A DNA stretch of 64,000 bases, from the NCBI GenBank assembly GCA_016928395.1, contig JAFGKV010000134.1:2631-66630 (forward strand), written 5' to 3'. The translations under genes and the position numbers were made by a program. The notes below the pieces were generated by a model. That model searched no databases. It saw nothing but the letters and a program-made list of their open reading frames with translations, and was not told where the DNA came from. The DNA is from Candidatus Fermentibacterota bacterium (GTDB lineage: Bacteria > JAFGKV01). Of this stretch, positions 56,610 to 64,000 are shown in pieces. Numbering within the stretch: the stretch's first letter is position 1; every line of letters begins with the position of its first letter.

Positions 56610-58186
56610 CATCGCCACGAGGCTATCTGCTGCTCGTACTCCATGCGCATCTTCCCTTTGTGCGCCACCCCGAGCACGAGGAGTTTCTAGAGGAGAACTG
56701 GCTGTTCGAGGCCTTGGACGAAACCTACTATCCTCTTCTGGACATGCTCGACCGTTTGGCGAATGACCGGATACCCTTCGTAGTCACCATGTCCATGACA
56801 CCGCCTCTGTGCGAGATGCTAATCGATCCGCTCTTGCGCCAGAGGTATCGCCGCCGTCTGGACCGGATGGACGGGTTGCTGGCCCTGGAATCGGCAAGGA
56901 CCGAGGGCTCCGATCTGGAGCCCGTGGTTGCCATGTATGCGGCGCGGTACGCCGCCATACGGACCATCGCCGACCGCTGGGAGTCACCGGTGGCGGGATT
57001 CCGTCATTTCCAGGACCAGGGGCTTCTGGAGATTGTCACGTGCCCGGGGACCCACCCTGTCCTGCCGTTCTGCGCCACCGATGCCGGACGGCGCGCACAC
57101 GTACGGGTGGCGGTCCAGAACTACCTGAAACACTTCGGCCGTCGGCCCACCGGGGTATGGCTGCCCGAGTGCGCCTATGCACCAGGTACCGAGGATATCC
57201 TGGCCGAAGTTGGCCTGGACTACTTCTTCCTAGATACCCATGGGGTGCTCTATGCCGCCCCGCGTCCCCGGCGGGGTGTGTATGCGCCGGTCTACTGCCC
57301 CAACGGGATCGCCGCATTCGCCCGGGACGCGGAAACAAGTCATCAGGTGTGGTCAGCGGAATCCGGCTACCCGGGCGATCCTGACTACAGGGAGTTCTAC
57401 CGCGATGTGGGGTTCGATGCCGAGTACGACTATGTTCGACCGTTCCTGATGAGGGATGGCGTACGGAGAAACATCGGCTTGAAGTATCACCGGGTAACGG
57501 GCCGGGTCCCTCTGCATCGAAAGTCAGCATACGATCCGCAGGCTGCCCGGGTCAAGGCGGCGTTGCATGCACGCGATTTCGTGAGCAAACGCCAGGCTCA
57601 GGCCCGACGTCTGGAGGAAGCCGTCGGACGACCGCCTCTGATCGTGGCCCCATACGATGCGGAGCTGTTTGGTCACTGGTGGTTCGAAGGGCCACTCTTC
57701 ATTGAGGCTCTGATGCGCGCCCTGGCCCGGGAACCCGGCGAAGTGAGGACGATCACCGCGCCAGACTACTTGGCACAGTTTCCAAAGAATCAGGAAGTGA
57801 CGCCGCTGCGGTCTTCCTGGGGTGCGGGCGGGTACTTCGACGTGTGGCTCAATGATCGCAATGACTGGATCTACCGGCATCTCCACAAGGCAGAAGAACG
57901 AATGATCGAACTAGCCCACCTCTTACCCGCGGCGTCTGGTCTGCCGTTGCGGGCCTTGAACCAAGCGGCCCGGGAGTTGATGCTGGCCCAATCCTCCGAC
58001 TGGGCCTTCATTATGAATGCAGGAACCATGGTGGAATATGCAGAGAAGCGGACCCGCGACCACCTGCACAACTTCAACGGCATCTATCTCCAGCTCAAAG
58101 AAGATAGGTTGGAGCCGGCCTGGATCCGGGAGCTGGAAGCCCGGAACTCCATCTTCCAGGAGATGGACTACCGGGTCTTCTCGTAG
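56606..58186 (+). CDS. GH57-family 1,4-alpha-glucan branching enzyme (DUF1957 type)
   Basis: GYLLLVLHAHLPFVRHPE...ENWLFEALDETYYPLLDML...WLPECAY...APYDAELFGHWWFEGP...SSDWAF. Confidence 0.85.
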   Translation: MTSPRGYLLLVLHAHLPFVRHPEHEEFLEENWLFEALDETYYPLLDMLDRLANDRIPFVVTMSMTPPLCEMLIDPLLRQRYRRRLDRMDGLLALESARTEGSDLEPVVAMYAARYAAIRTIADRWESPVAGFRHFQDQGLLEIVTCPGTHPVLPFCATDAGRRAHVRVAVQNYLKHFGRRPTGVWLPECAYAPGTEDILAEVGLDYFFLDTHGVLYAAPRPRRGVYAPVYCPNGIAAFARDAETSHQVWSAESGYPGDPDYREFYRDVGFDAEYDYVRPFLMRDGVRRNIGLKYHRVTGRVPLHRKSAYDPQAARVKAALHARDFVSKRQAQARRLEEAVGRPPLIVAPYDAELFGHWWFEGPLFIEALMRALAREPGEVRTITAPDYLAQFPKNQEVTPLRSSWGAGGYFDVWLNDRNDWIYRHLHKAEERMIELAHLLPAASGLPLRALNQAARELMLAQSSDWAFIMNAGTMVEYAEKRTRDHLHNFNGIYLQLKEDRLEPAWIRELEARNSIFQEMDYRVFS

Positions 58187-58221
58187 ACCCCCGGGCGGCC
58201 ACACTATCCACGAGGTGCGAC

Positions 58222-59418
58222 ATGAATCCCATTGATGAGCTTCTGACCCGCGGAGTCACGCAGGCGATTGATAGGTCTCATATAGAGCGGCGATTGCGGG
58301 AAGGGGCGCGCCTTCGGATCAAACTGGGAATCGACCCGACCGGGCCTCTGCTTCATCTCGGCAGGGCGGTACCGTTGCTCAAGCTTCGTGCGTTCCAGGA
58401 TCTTGGCCATCTGCCGGTGATCGTCATCGGCGACTTCACCGGCCGCATCGGTGACGCATCAGACAAGGATGCCGAGCGCCGCATGTTAGGCCGGGACGAG
58501 GTTGAGGCCAACATGGCGGGATATCTGGGCCAGATCGGCCGCATTCTGGACATGGAGCGCGTGGAAATCGCCTACAACTCCGACTGGCTGGGCCCCATGA
58601 CCTTCGAGGAGGTCGCCCACCTGGCGAACCTCTTCTCCGTGGCCGAGATGCTGGACAGGGAGAACTTCTTCAAGCGATACAAGGAGGGCAAGCGGATCTC
58701 GCTGCGGGAGTTCCTGTACCCGCTCATGCAGGGGTATGACAGCGTGGCCGTTCGCGCCGACGTGGAGCTGGGCGGCAATGACCAGCTCTTCAACCTGCTT
58801 GCGGGCCGTTCAATCCAGCGAGCCCACGCGCAGGAACCCCAGGACATCATGACCTTCGGCATGCTGGAGGGAAGCGACGGGCGCAAGATGTCCACGACCT
58901 ATGGCAACATAATCGCCATCGCCGATCCCCCCGACGAGCAGTTCGGCAAGGTCATGCGTCTGAAGGATGAGCTCATTCTCGCCTACTTCGAGTTAACGAC
59001 CCGGGCTCCCCGACAGCGTATCGAGGACCTCCGGCAGTCACTGCGGGGAGGGCTCAATCCCATGGAGGCGAAACTCCTGCTGGCAGAAGAGATCGTCGGC
59101 CTCTACCACTGCCCGGAGGATGCCCGGGCTGCTCGTGAGCGATTCCTGCAGGTGTTCCGCCAGCGGGAACTGCCCGACGAAATACCGGAGGTAATCCTGC
59201 CCGAAGGCCCGATCACCCTCCAGGCCCTGCTGGCCGAGGCGGGGCTTGCCCCGTCACGCTCCGAGGCGGGCCGGCTCATCCGGGGCGGAGGCGTCCGGCT
59301 CAACGGCCAAGTCGTGACCGACGTGTCCCTGGGGATCACCGTCGGCCCCACGCCCCTCCTTTTGCAGGTGGGCCGCCGCCGCGTTGCCCGCATCGTCTCC
59401 CGCCCCGCGCGGCGCTAG
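58222..59418 (+). CDS. tyrS: Tyrosine--tRNA ligase
   Basis: GIDPTGPLLHLGRAVPL (HIGH-like), LMQGYDS, GGNDQLFN, KMSTT (KMSKS variant) and a C-terminal S4 domain (SRSEAGRLIRGGGVRLNG). Confidence 0.88.
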   Translation: MNPIDELLTRGVTQAIDRSHIERRLREGARLRIKLGIDPTGPLLHLGRAVPLLKLRAFQDLGHLPVIVIGDFTGRIGDASDKDAERRMLGRDEVEANMAGYLGQIGRILDMERVEIAYNSDWLGPMTFEEVAHLANLFSVAEMLDRENFFKRYKEGKRISLREFLYPLMQGYDSVAVRADVELGGNDQLFNLLAGRSIQRAHAQEPQDIMTFGMLEGSDGRKMSTTYGNIIAIADPPDEQFGKVMRLKDELILAYFELTTRAPRQRIEDLRQSLRGGLNPMEAKLLLAEEIVGLYHCPEDARAARERFLQVFRQRELPDEIPEVILPEGPITLQALLAEAGLAPSRSEAGRLIRGGGVRLNGQVVTDVSLGITVGPTPLLLQVGRRRVARIVSRPARR

Positions 59419-59617
59419 ACCCGTCTCCCGCGTCGGGCTGCGGAGCATCCCCCTTCCGAAGGTCGCCTTTACCCGTGACCTTTAGATACGCCGTCGTTGC
59501 CGCTCTATCAGCCCGTACGGCGTATTCTTTTTCGCCGGAATGCACTCATCCCATGCCCGGCCCTGTGCAAGCCCGAAGGGCAAAGCCTCGGTGTGGCGGC
59601 CTCGGGGGCACTGGTCG

Positions 59618-59785
59618 TCAGTGACCATCATGCGGTTGCCACAGTTCAATGCGATTGCCTTCGGGATCCATAACCCACCCGAACTTGCCGTATTCTGACT
59701 CTTCAACCTTCGTATCGACGTCACAGCCCTCGGTGCGTAGTGCTTCGAGCACTGCGCGCCGGTCTTTAGCTCCGTAGACTGGCAT
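59618..59785 (-). pseudogene. C-terminal fragment of a VOC/glyoxalase-family gene
   Basis: My own translation of the minus strand is MPVYGAKDRRAVLEALRTEGCDVDTKVEESEYGKFGWVMDPEGNRIELWQPHDGH*. The FGxxxDPxGNxIEL end is typical of the VOC fold. Only about half a domain is present, and a TGA lies in frame 9 codons upstream. Confidence 0.5.
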
Positions 59786-59812
59786 GAGGCTGACCTGCTG
59801 GGAGCGAAGTGC

Positions 59813-60050
59813 TCAGACACGCGTGTCATCAACGATCAGGTCCGCCCGGAACCCCTTGTCGAACCTGACTCCCTCCTACGGAATCGTCACGGACACCTGC
59901 CGGTTGACCTTCAGGCCCGCGATCGCCCAGTTCGCGGGCACGCGATCAAGTACACCATCTCCCGGAATCCCGGTCCAAGTTCCCGGTGCACGGCAGCAAT
60001 CGCCGCTTCGATCACCTGCGGCCCCGCGAATGGCTCTCCCGCGGGGCCGC
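59813..60050 (-). pseudogene. Decayed GxxExxY-family (PD-(D/E)XK-like) gene: frameshifted, with an in-frame TAG
   Basis: The minus strand reads QVIEAAIAAVHRELGPGFREMVY, with the GxxExxY signature at 59950-59970. The frame then breaks. In other frames it reads ARELGDRG and GLKVNRQVSVTIP*EGVRFDKGFRADLIVDDTRV*, with TAG at 59876-59878 where the family has Tyr. Confidence 0.6.
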
Positions 60051-60061
60051 AGCGCCTGAGG

Positions 60062-62371
60062 CTAGAAGGAGGTCTCTAGCCCAATGAACATCGTTCTGGG
60101 CTGCCAAGGCCCGTAGACGTAGGCGGGATCCCGATCGCGACCGACATCAAGGTCATCCTGGAAGGCGTCGAAGATGTTCTTCACCCCGGCATTTACCTTG
60201 GCATCGAGTCCGTTGTTGAGGGGCAGGCGGAGAGTGGCGCCAATATCGGCGTGGACATAGCGGTCGCTCTCCGCGAGCAGGAGCAGTGGGTCCTGCCCCT
60301 CTTCGGCGCCAACCTCATGGGGTACAAGGGCCTTGCCCAGGTACTGGGCATTAGCATACACCGTGAGCCGTCTGGTCGCGTCGTACGAAAGCGAGGCGTT
60401 TGCCGTGAGATCGGGCGTTCGGAAGAACTTGGTGGTATCGAAGTCCTCATTTGGCTTATCTAGCTTGCTCTTCGCGTATGTCAGACCACCCCGCAGTTCC
60501 ACCCCCGTGATGGGTCGAACGCCCAGGTCTAGTTCGAAGCCTCGAACTCTCGCACCGTCGGAGTTCACCCGTTCCCAGAGTTCGGTGGTGCCCTCCTTCC
60601 GGACGAACTCTTCGCTGAAGGTGTCGGACAGCCGGGTGGCGAATCCTGTCACGGAGACCATCAAGGGGACGTCGCTGAAGTACCCGGTGTGCTCGATGCC
60701 GGCGCTGAACGAGTAGCTTCGCTCCTCCTTGAGATCGGGGGCGTTCCGGATGATTCGCTGATCGCCTTCTACTCCGCAGAGATGAAGGTCCTCATCGTAG
60801 GTCTGCGGAGGCTTGAACCCCGAGGTGATGGAGGATCGGAAGGTGATGTCCTCCGCTAGGGCCAGCTTCGCCGTGAGGCGGGGGCTCGCGATCCACTCAG
60901 CCAACTCAGAATGCTTGTCAAAACGAACGCCGGCAATGAACTCAAGCTCGCCGTTACCCCCGAAGTGGAAATTGTCCTGAATGAAGACGCCGGTGTTTCG
61001 GTACAGGTCATCGATGTGGTATGCAGTCTCCGCGGCGGTCTCATCGAGCAGCTTGTCGTGCGAATGCTGAAGTCCGCCTGTGAGCAGGTGTCCGCCCACG
61101 CGATAGTTCGCCTGCAATCCGCCTATGTGAAGCGGGTTGTCCGTCCTGCCGTAGAAGGTCAATGCCTGGAGCTGGTCTTCGGGTGTGTCGCCACCCAGTC
61201 CGCCATAATAGGACTCCCGGTTCGTGACGGCGAAGGAGTAGTATGTGCGGTAGTCGAAGAGCGGACTCGGCCGGTGAGCCCACTGGACTGTGCCGCCGGT
61301 TCGCCAATGCTCAATCCACTCAGCGATGTCCGCCTCATGCACTGGAGAGTCGAACTTGTTCCCGCCTCGCCGCTCCTCGTGGATACGGTGAAACGAGGTA
61401 AGCAGCTCCCCGTTGTTGAAGGGTTGATAGTACCACTTGAAGCCGACGGTCTCATTCTTCAGCTCCCCAAATTCGCTGAAGCCGTCCTCATTGCGGTCGT
61501 AGGGATCTCGATTCCGGAACGACCCGTAGACATACGCACCCGAGGTTCCCTTCTTGGATACCGTCTCCGCGACCGCCCCCACGTGGTGATCCAGCTTTCC
61601 TCTTGAGGAGTTCAGTTGCGATTTGATGCGAACTTGGTTGATCAGTGGCCGTCTGGTGATCAGGTTGACGACACCGGCCACCGCACCTCCGCCGTAGAGT
61701 GACGATCCGCCGCCCTTCACAATCTCGATCTGATCGACCATTTCTTCAGGGAAATGCTCCAGCCCGTACACGCTGGCCAGGCTCCCGACTACTGGCAGCC
61801 CATCTATGAGGATCTGGGAGTACTTGCCGTCCATACCCAAGATCCTCACTTGGCTGAAGTTGCAGTTCTGGCAGTTGTTCTCGACCCGGATGCCGGTGTG
61901 AAACGACAGCGCTTCCGCGAAGTTCGAGGCGTGCTTCTGTTCGATGGTCAGTCGCGGTATGATCTCCGTCCTGACCGGATTGTCCTGCATCACGTGGGGA
62001 GTCGCCGTTCCCGTCACGACCACCGCACCCATCTGTAGAACAGTAGGCTTAAGTTCGAAGTCGTGGGTGATCGTCTGCCCCGCTTCGACCCGAATCGAGG
62101 CCCGTAGCGGCGAGTATCCCACCATCGAGGCGGTGAGGTGCCAGGTGCCGACCGGCGCATTATGAATTGCATACCGTCCGTGTTCATCTGCGGCTGCCCC
62201 GACACTGGTGCGCTCCAGCAATACATTCACGCCAGGCAGGGGCACTCCGCTTTCACCGTCGGTGACCATGCCCGTGATGAGAGCCGGTCCGGGATCGGCA
62301 GCCAGGGGGGCTGAAATGTGGAACACACAGAGGAACGAGAACAGAAACCCTAAGTGGGGTTGAATCTTCAT
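60062..62371 (-). CDS. TonB-dependent receptor with N-terminal carboxypeptidase-regulatory-like domain
   Basis: ATG 62371 (GGAGAGG RBS), signal MKIQPHLGFLFSFLCVFHISAPLAA. CarbopepD_reg-like region ITGMVTDGESGVPLPGVNVLL..TSVGAAADEHGRYAI. Plug region QIEIVKGGGSSLYGGGAVAGVVNLITR. Terminal ...FIGLETSF. The ORF track opens at 62491. Confidence 0.9.
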   Translation of the reverse strand: MKIQPHLGFLFSFLCVFHISAPLAADPGPALITGMVTDGESGVPLPGVNVLLERTSVGAAADEHGRYAIHNAPVGTWHLTASMVGYSPLRASIRVEAGQTITHDFELKPTVLQMGAVVVTGTATPHVMQDNPVRTEIIPRLTIEQKHASNFAEALSFHTGIRVENNCQNCNFSQVRILGMDGKYSQILIDGLPVVGSLASVYGLEHFPEEMVDQIEIVKGGGSSLYGGGAVAGVVNLITRRPLINQVRIKSQLNSSRGKLDHHVGAVAETVSKKGTSGAYVYGSFRNRDPYDRNEDGFSEFGELKNETVGFKWYYQPFNNGELLTSFHRIHEERRGGNKFDSPVHEADIAEWIEHWRTGGTVQWAHRPSPLFDYRTYYSFAVTNRESYYGGLGGDTPEDQLQALTFYGRTDNPLHIGGLQANYRVGGHLLTGGLQHSHDKLLDETAAETAYHIDDLYRNTGVFIQDNFHFGGNGELEFIAGVRFDKHSELAEWIASPRLTAKLALAEDITFRSSITSGFKPPQTYDEDLHLCGVEGDQRIIRNAPDLKEERSYSFSAGIEHTGYFSDVPLMVSVTGFATRLSDTFSEEFVRKEGTTELWERVNSDGARVRGFELDLGVRPITGVELRGGLTYAKSKLDKPNEDFDTTKFFRTPDLTANASLSYDATRRLTVYANAQYLGKALVPHEVGAEEGQDPLLLLAESDRYVHADIGATLRLPLNNGLDAKVNAGVKNIFDAFQDDLDVGRDRDPAYVYGPWQPRTMFIGLETSF

Positions 62372-62576
62372 GTGACCTCTCCGTTGCACGTTGTCGTACG
62401 TGCGCGTAATGACCAACACTTGAACGAAGCGATTCGAAGTGAATCTCCCTCGTGGCAACAGACACGGCTCGACGTGGCGGCGTTCGGGCATAGCCCTCCC
62501 GCCGACGCCACGATTGTCGTGAGGGAATGGTCCGACGGGGGCGTGGCTCGCGGGTGCAAGCGCACGCGTGTCGGAA

Positions 62577-62951
62577 TCAGCGGGATGTCAGGAGGGGTGG
62601 TGCGCGGACGAAGATGGGGGAGAGTTCGTGGCGTACGAGCACCCTCGCGGGTGCCGCGGGGAGCAGGAGGCGAGATGCCTGGTTGAGCGGATACAACACC
62701 CATGCGGCAACTAGAGCGAACAAGAAGAACTTCGCGATGAACCCCGAGAGGGTCAAGTACTGATGATCGGTATGGCTATGGGTGGGGGCGCCCTCGTCGG
62801 ACGAGTCGAAGGGATGGGTATGGACGACCATTCTGCCAAAGGGATCGACATGGTAGTGGAAGTTGAAAAACGCACTGTTGCAAAGCCAAAAGAATCCAAT
62901 GGCAAGGATCATCGGCCAGAGCGTGTATCGACCAGCCATCATGCGTGGCAT
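62577..62951 (-). CDS. Small His-rich membrane protein upstream of the TonB-dependent receptor
   Basis: TM1 is LWPMILAIGFFWLCNSAFF. The loop FHYHVDPFGRMVVHTHPFDSSDEGAPTHSHTDHQY carries 7 His. TM2 is GFIAKFFLFALVAAWVLY. No family recognised, and the 3' part of the ORF may be non-coding. Confidence 0.5.
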   Translation of the reverse strand: MPRMMAGRYTLWPMILAIGFFWLCNSAFFNFHYHVDPFGRMVVHTHPFDSSDEGAPTHSHTDHQYLTLSGFIAKFFLFALVAAWVLYPLNQASRLLLPAAPARVLVRHELSPIFVRAPPLLTSR

Positions 62952-63331
62952 CCGAGGGTTCCCTTTTCTGCGTGAGCACGGGCGCTCGTCGCTTCAGTGA
63001 CCTCTATGATCTCCGTTCGTTTATTTCGGAATCCCGAAGAAAATGCACCCAGGCAAAAATCCGTCAAGGAGAAGTGTCGACCTGGCGGCATCCGGGTCTT
63101 GGCAGCGAGTCGAGATCCGCACTGCATTCATCGTCGAAATGCGAGACACGTGCGTGGTTGCGTGCGGGTCTTTCACGCGGGAAGACGGTGCACGTCCGTC
63201 ACGCATCGACTCCCGGATATCTCAATGCACGATCGCCCGGCTCGCACCGTCCAGGATCGAGCACAGGTAGCAGGCAGATCGAGGATTCGGGCTTTTCCGG
63301 CTTTCGGGGGCCGAGGGAGGCATGCCCCGAA

Positions 63332-63353
63332 CCTGTCTGGAGAACCAGACAGG
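63332..63353. other. Perfect 9-bp stem hairpin CCTGTCTGG-AGAA-CCAGACAGG in a 530-bp non-coding spacer
   Basis: Read directly. There is no adjacent U-tract, and the function is unknown. Confidence 0.6.
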
Positions 63354-63481
63354 GGTGTACGGTGGAGTGCACTCATAGCTGGTGCTGTTTGCGCCAGAGT
63401 GCGGTCCTTTCGAACTGCCCGTAGGTCTCGGCTTGCGGTTGGTATCGCCTGACGATACTATTCTGAGGGAGGAGGAATCAT

Positions 63482-63976
63482 ATGACGACATCGAATCCAT
63501 GTCATCCCGGGAAGATCCTGAAGGAGCGGTTTCTCGATCCGCTTGGTATCACGCCATATCGCCTCGCAAAGTGCCTCGGCGTTCCCACTCGCCGGATCTC
63601 AGAGCTGGTGAAGGGCAAACGGCGCATCTCAACGGATACGGCCATCAGGCTGGGGCTGTTCTTCGATGTGCCGTCGGTCTGGTGGCTTGAAATGCAGGCG
63701 CGCTTCGACACTGCGAGCATGCCGTGCGTCGATGAGCTCCGTGAGCGCATCCCGTCGTATGGGGGGCTGGGGGACGTGTTGGTGACACCGACGGGGGTGC
63801 GACGTTTCGAGAAACTGCACGTGCCGAGCACAAATGTTGTGCTGGTTCCAGTCCAGGATGAGCTCCTGAAGCGGCTGAGGGCGAAGACGGTGCGTGAACG
63901 CCCCCGAACACCGCGGGAACTGCGCACCATCACCTATCCTGACGGTGCCACTGCATTGGTGGGAAGCAACCGATGA
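63482..63976 (+). CDS. higA: HigA/VapI-type XRE-family HTH protein with an ~85-aa C-terminal extension
   Basis: HPGKILKERFLDPLGITPYRLAKCLGVPTRRISELVKGKRRISTDTAIRLGLFFDVPSVWWLEMQARFD matches the HigA antitoxin HTH. Strong GGAGGAGG RBS. 164 aa versus about 100 aa typical. Confidence 0.8.
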   Translation: MTTSNPCHPGKILKERFLDPLGITPYRLAKCLGVPTRRISELVKGKRRISTDTAIRLGLFFDVPSVWWLEMQARFDTASMPCVDELRERIPSYGGLGDVLVTPTGVRRFEKLHVPSTNVVLVPVQDELLKRLRAKTVRERPRTPRELRTITYPDGATALVGSNR

Positions 63977-64000
63977 GCTTCGGCCTGGAAGCCTTGGCAG

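Noticed and set aside
62372-62576. Possible cobalamin or other riboswitch in the 205-nt leader of the TonB-dependent receptor
   Set aside because: I reverse-complemented and read the leader. I found only a weak CCGCCACGT resemblance to the B12 box and none of the other conserved cobalamin elements. This needs Rfam before anything can be claimed.
63177-63466. Possible decayed HigB toxin upstream of higA
   Set aside because: The frame ending at 63452 gives ...LSGEPDRGVRWSALIAGAVCARVRSF..., which only vaguely resembles the LxGxxxGxWSxxV..NWRxxFxF core of HigB. It needs several indels and is Arg/Ala-rich like off-frame sequence. Another frame gives only a 13-codon WYRLTILF* piece. Not supportable.
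1-64000. Mobile elements, prophage, CRISPR arrays or classical defence systems (RM, Cas, abortive infection, retrons, DGR)
   Set aside because: No transposase, integrase, recombinase, reverse transcriptase, Cas, methylase or nuclease signatures were recognised in any long ORF. There are no spaced direct-repeat arrays. The only tandem repeat is the 2 x 21 bp duplication at 19724-19765.

Overview
GC-rich, gene-dense chromosomal fragment from a diderm bacterium. LptE, an LpxL-like acyltransferase, a TonB-dependent receptor, ExbB/ExbD/TonB and T9SS-type C-terminal domains suggest an FCB-superphylum-like, probably uncultured lineage; that placement is inference only. All calls come from reading the supplied translations and the DNA; no homology search was run. 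I support about 55 CDS, 3 gene remnants and a few repeats or hairpins. I saw no rRNA, tRNA, CRISPR array, transposase, integrase or phage block.

Layout:
- 1-715: ORF-poor region with two perfect CATATG-centred palindromes.
- 716-24511: a 'secretome island'. It holds 7- and 14-blade repeat propellers, an S8 protease, a tail-fibre-like protein, a VIT-vWA plus vWA pair and T9SS-CTD cargo. Interspersed are housekeeping or accessory genes (FMN reductase, TspO, class IV adenylate cyclase, MFS transporter).
- 24725-30499: OMP plus a BMP-family ABC importer.
- 30783-53923: a 23-kb co-directional array. It runs ino1, ptsN, Zn-ribbon, hypothetical, lexA, a Tol/Ton-like envelope cluster with more than 2000 aa of TPR, lptE, an acyltransferase, ndk, yceD, rpmF, plsX, fabD, fabG, acpP, fabF, rnc.
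- 53865-55471: ECF sigma / ZAS anti-sigma / Spy-like module.
- 55758-59418: DUF4912, GH57 branching enzyme and tyrS.
- 59618-60050: two decayed gene remnants.
- 60062-62951: TonB-dependent receptor with a His-rich membrane protein.
- 63482-end: HigA-like HTH gene.

Most interesting candidates for something undescribed:
1. A roughly 100-aa C-terminal module ending SN(R/I)VGE(F/M)D(F/Y)xxx(I/V)P. Three otherwise different secreted proteins share it, and it is distinct from the T9SS-type CTDs on their neighbours.
2. A LexA-embedded, non-canonical Tol-Pal/TonB-like operon containing a fusion of a PorV/UPF0164-like N-terminal motif region to TPR repeats, two giant TPR proteins and a PEGA-NHL propeller.
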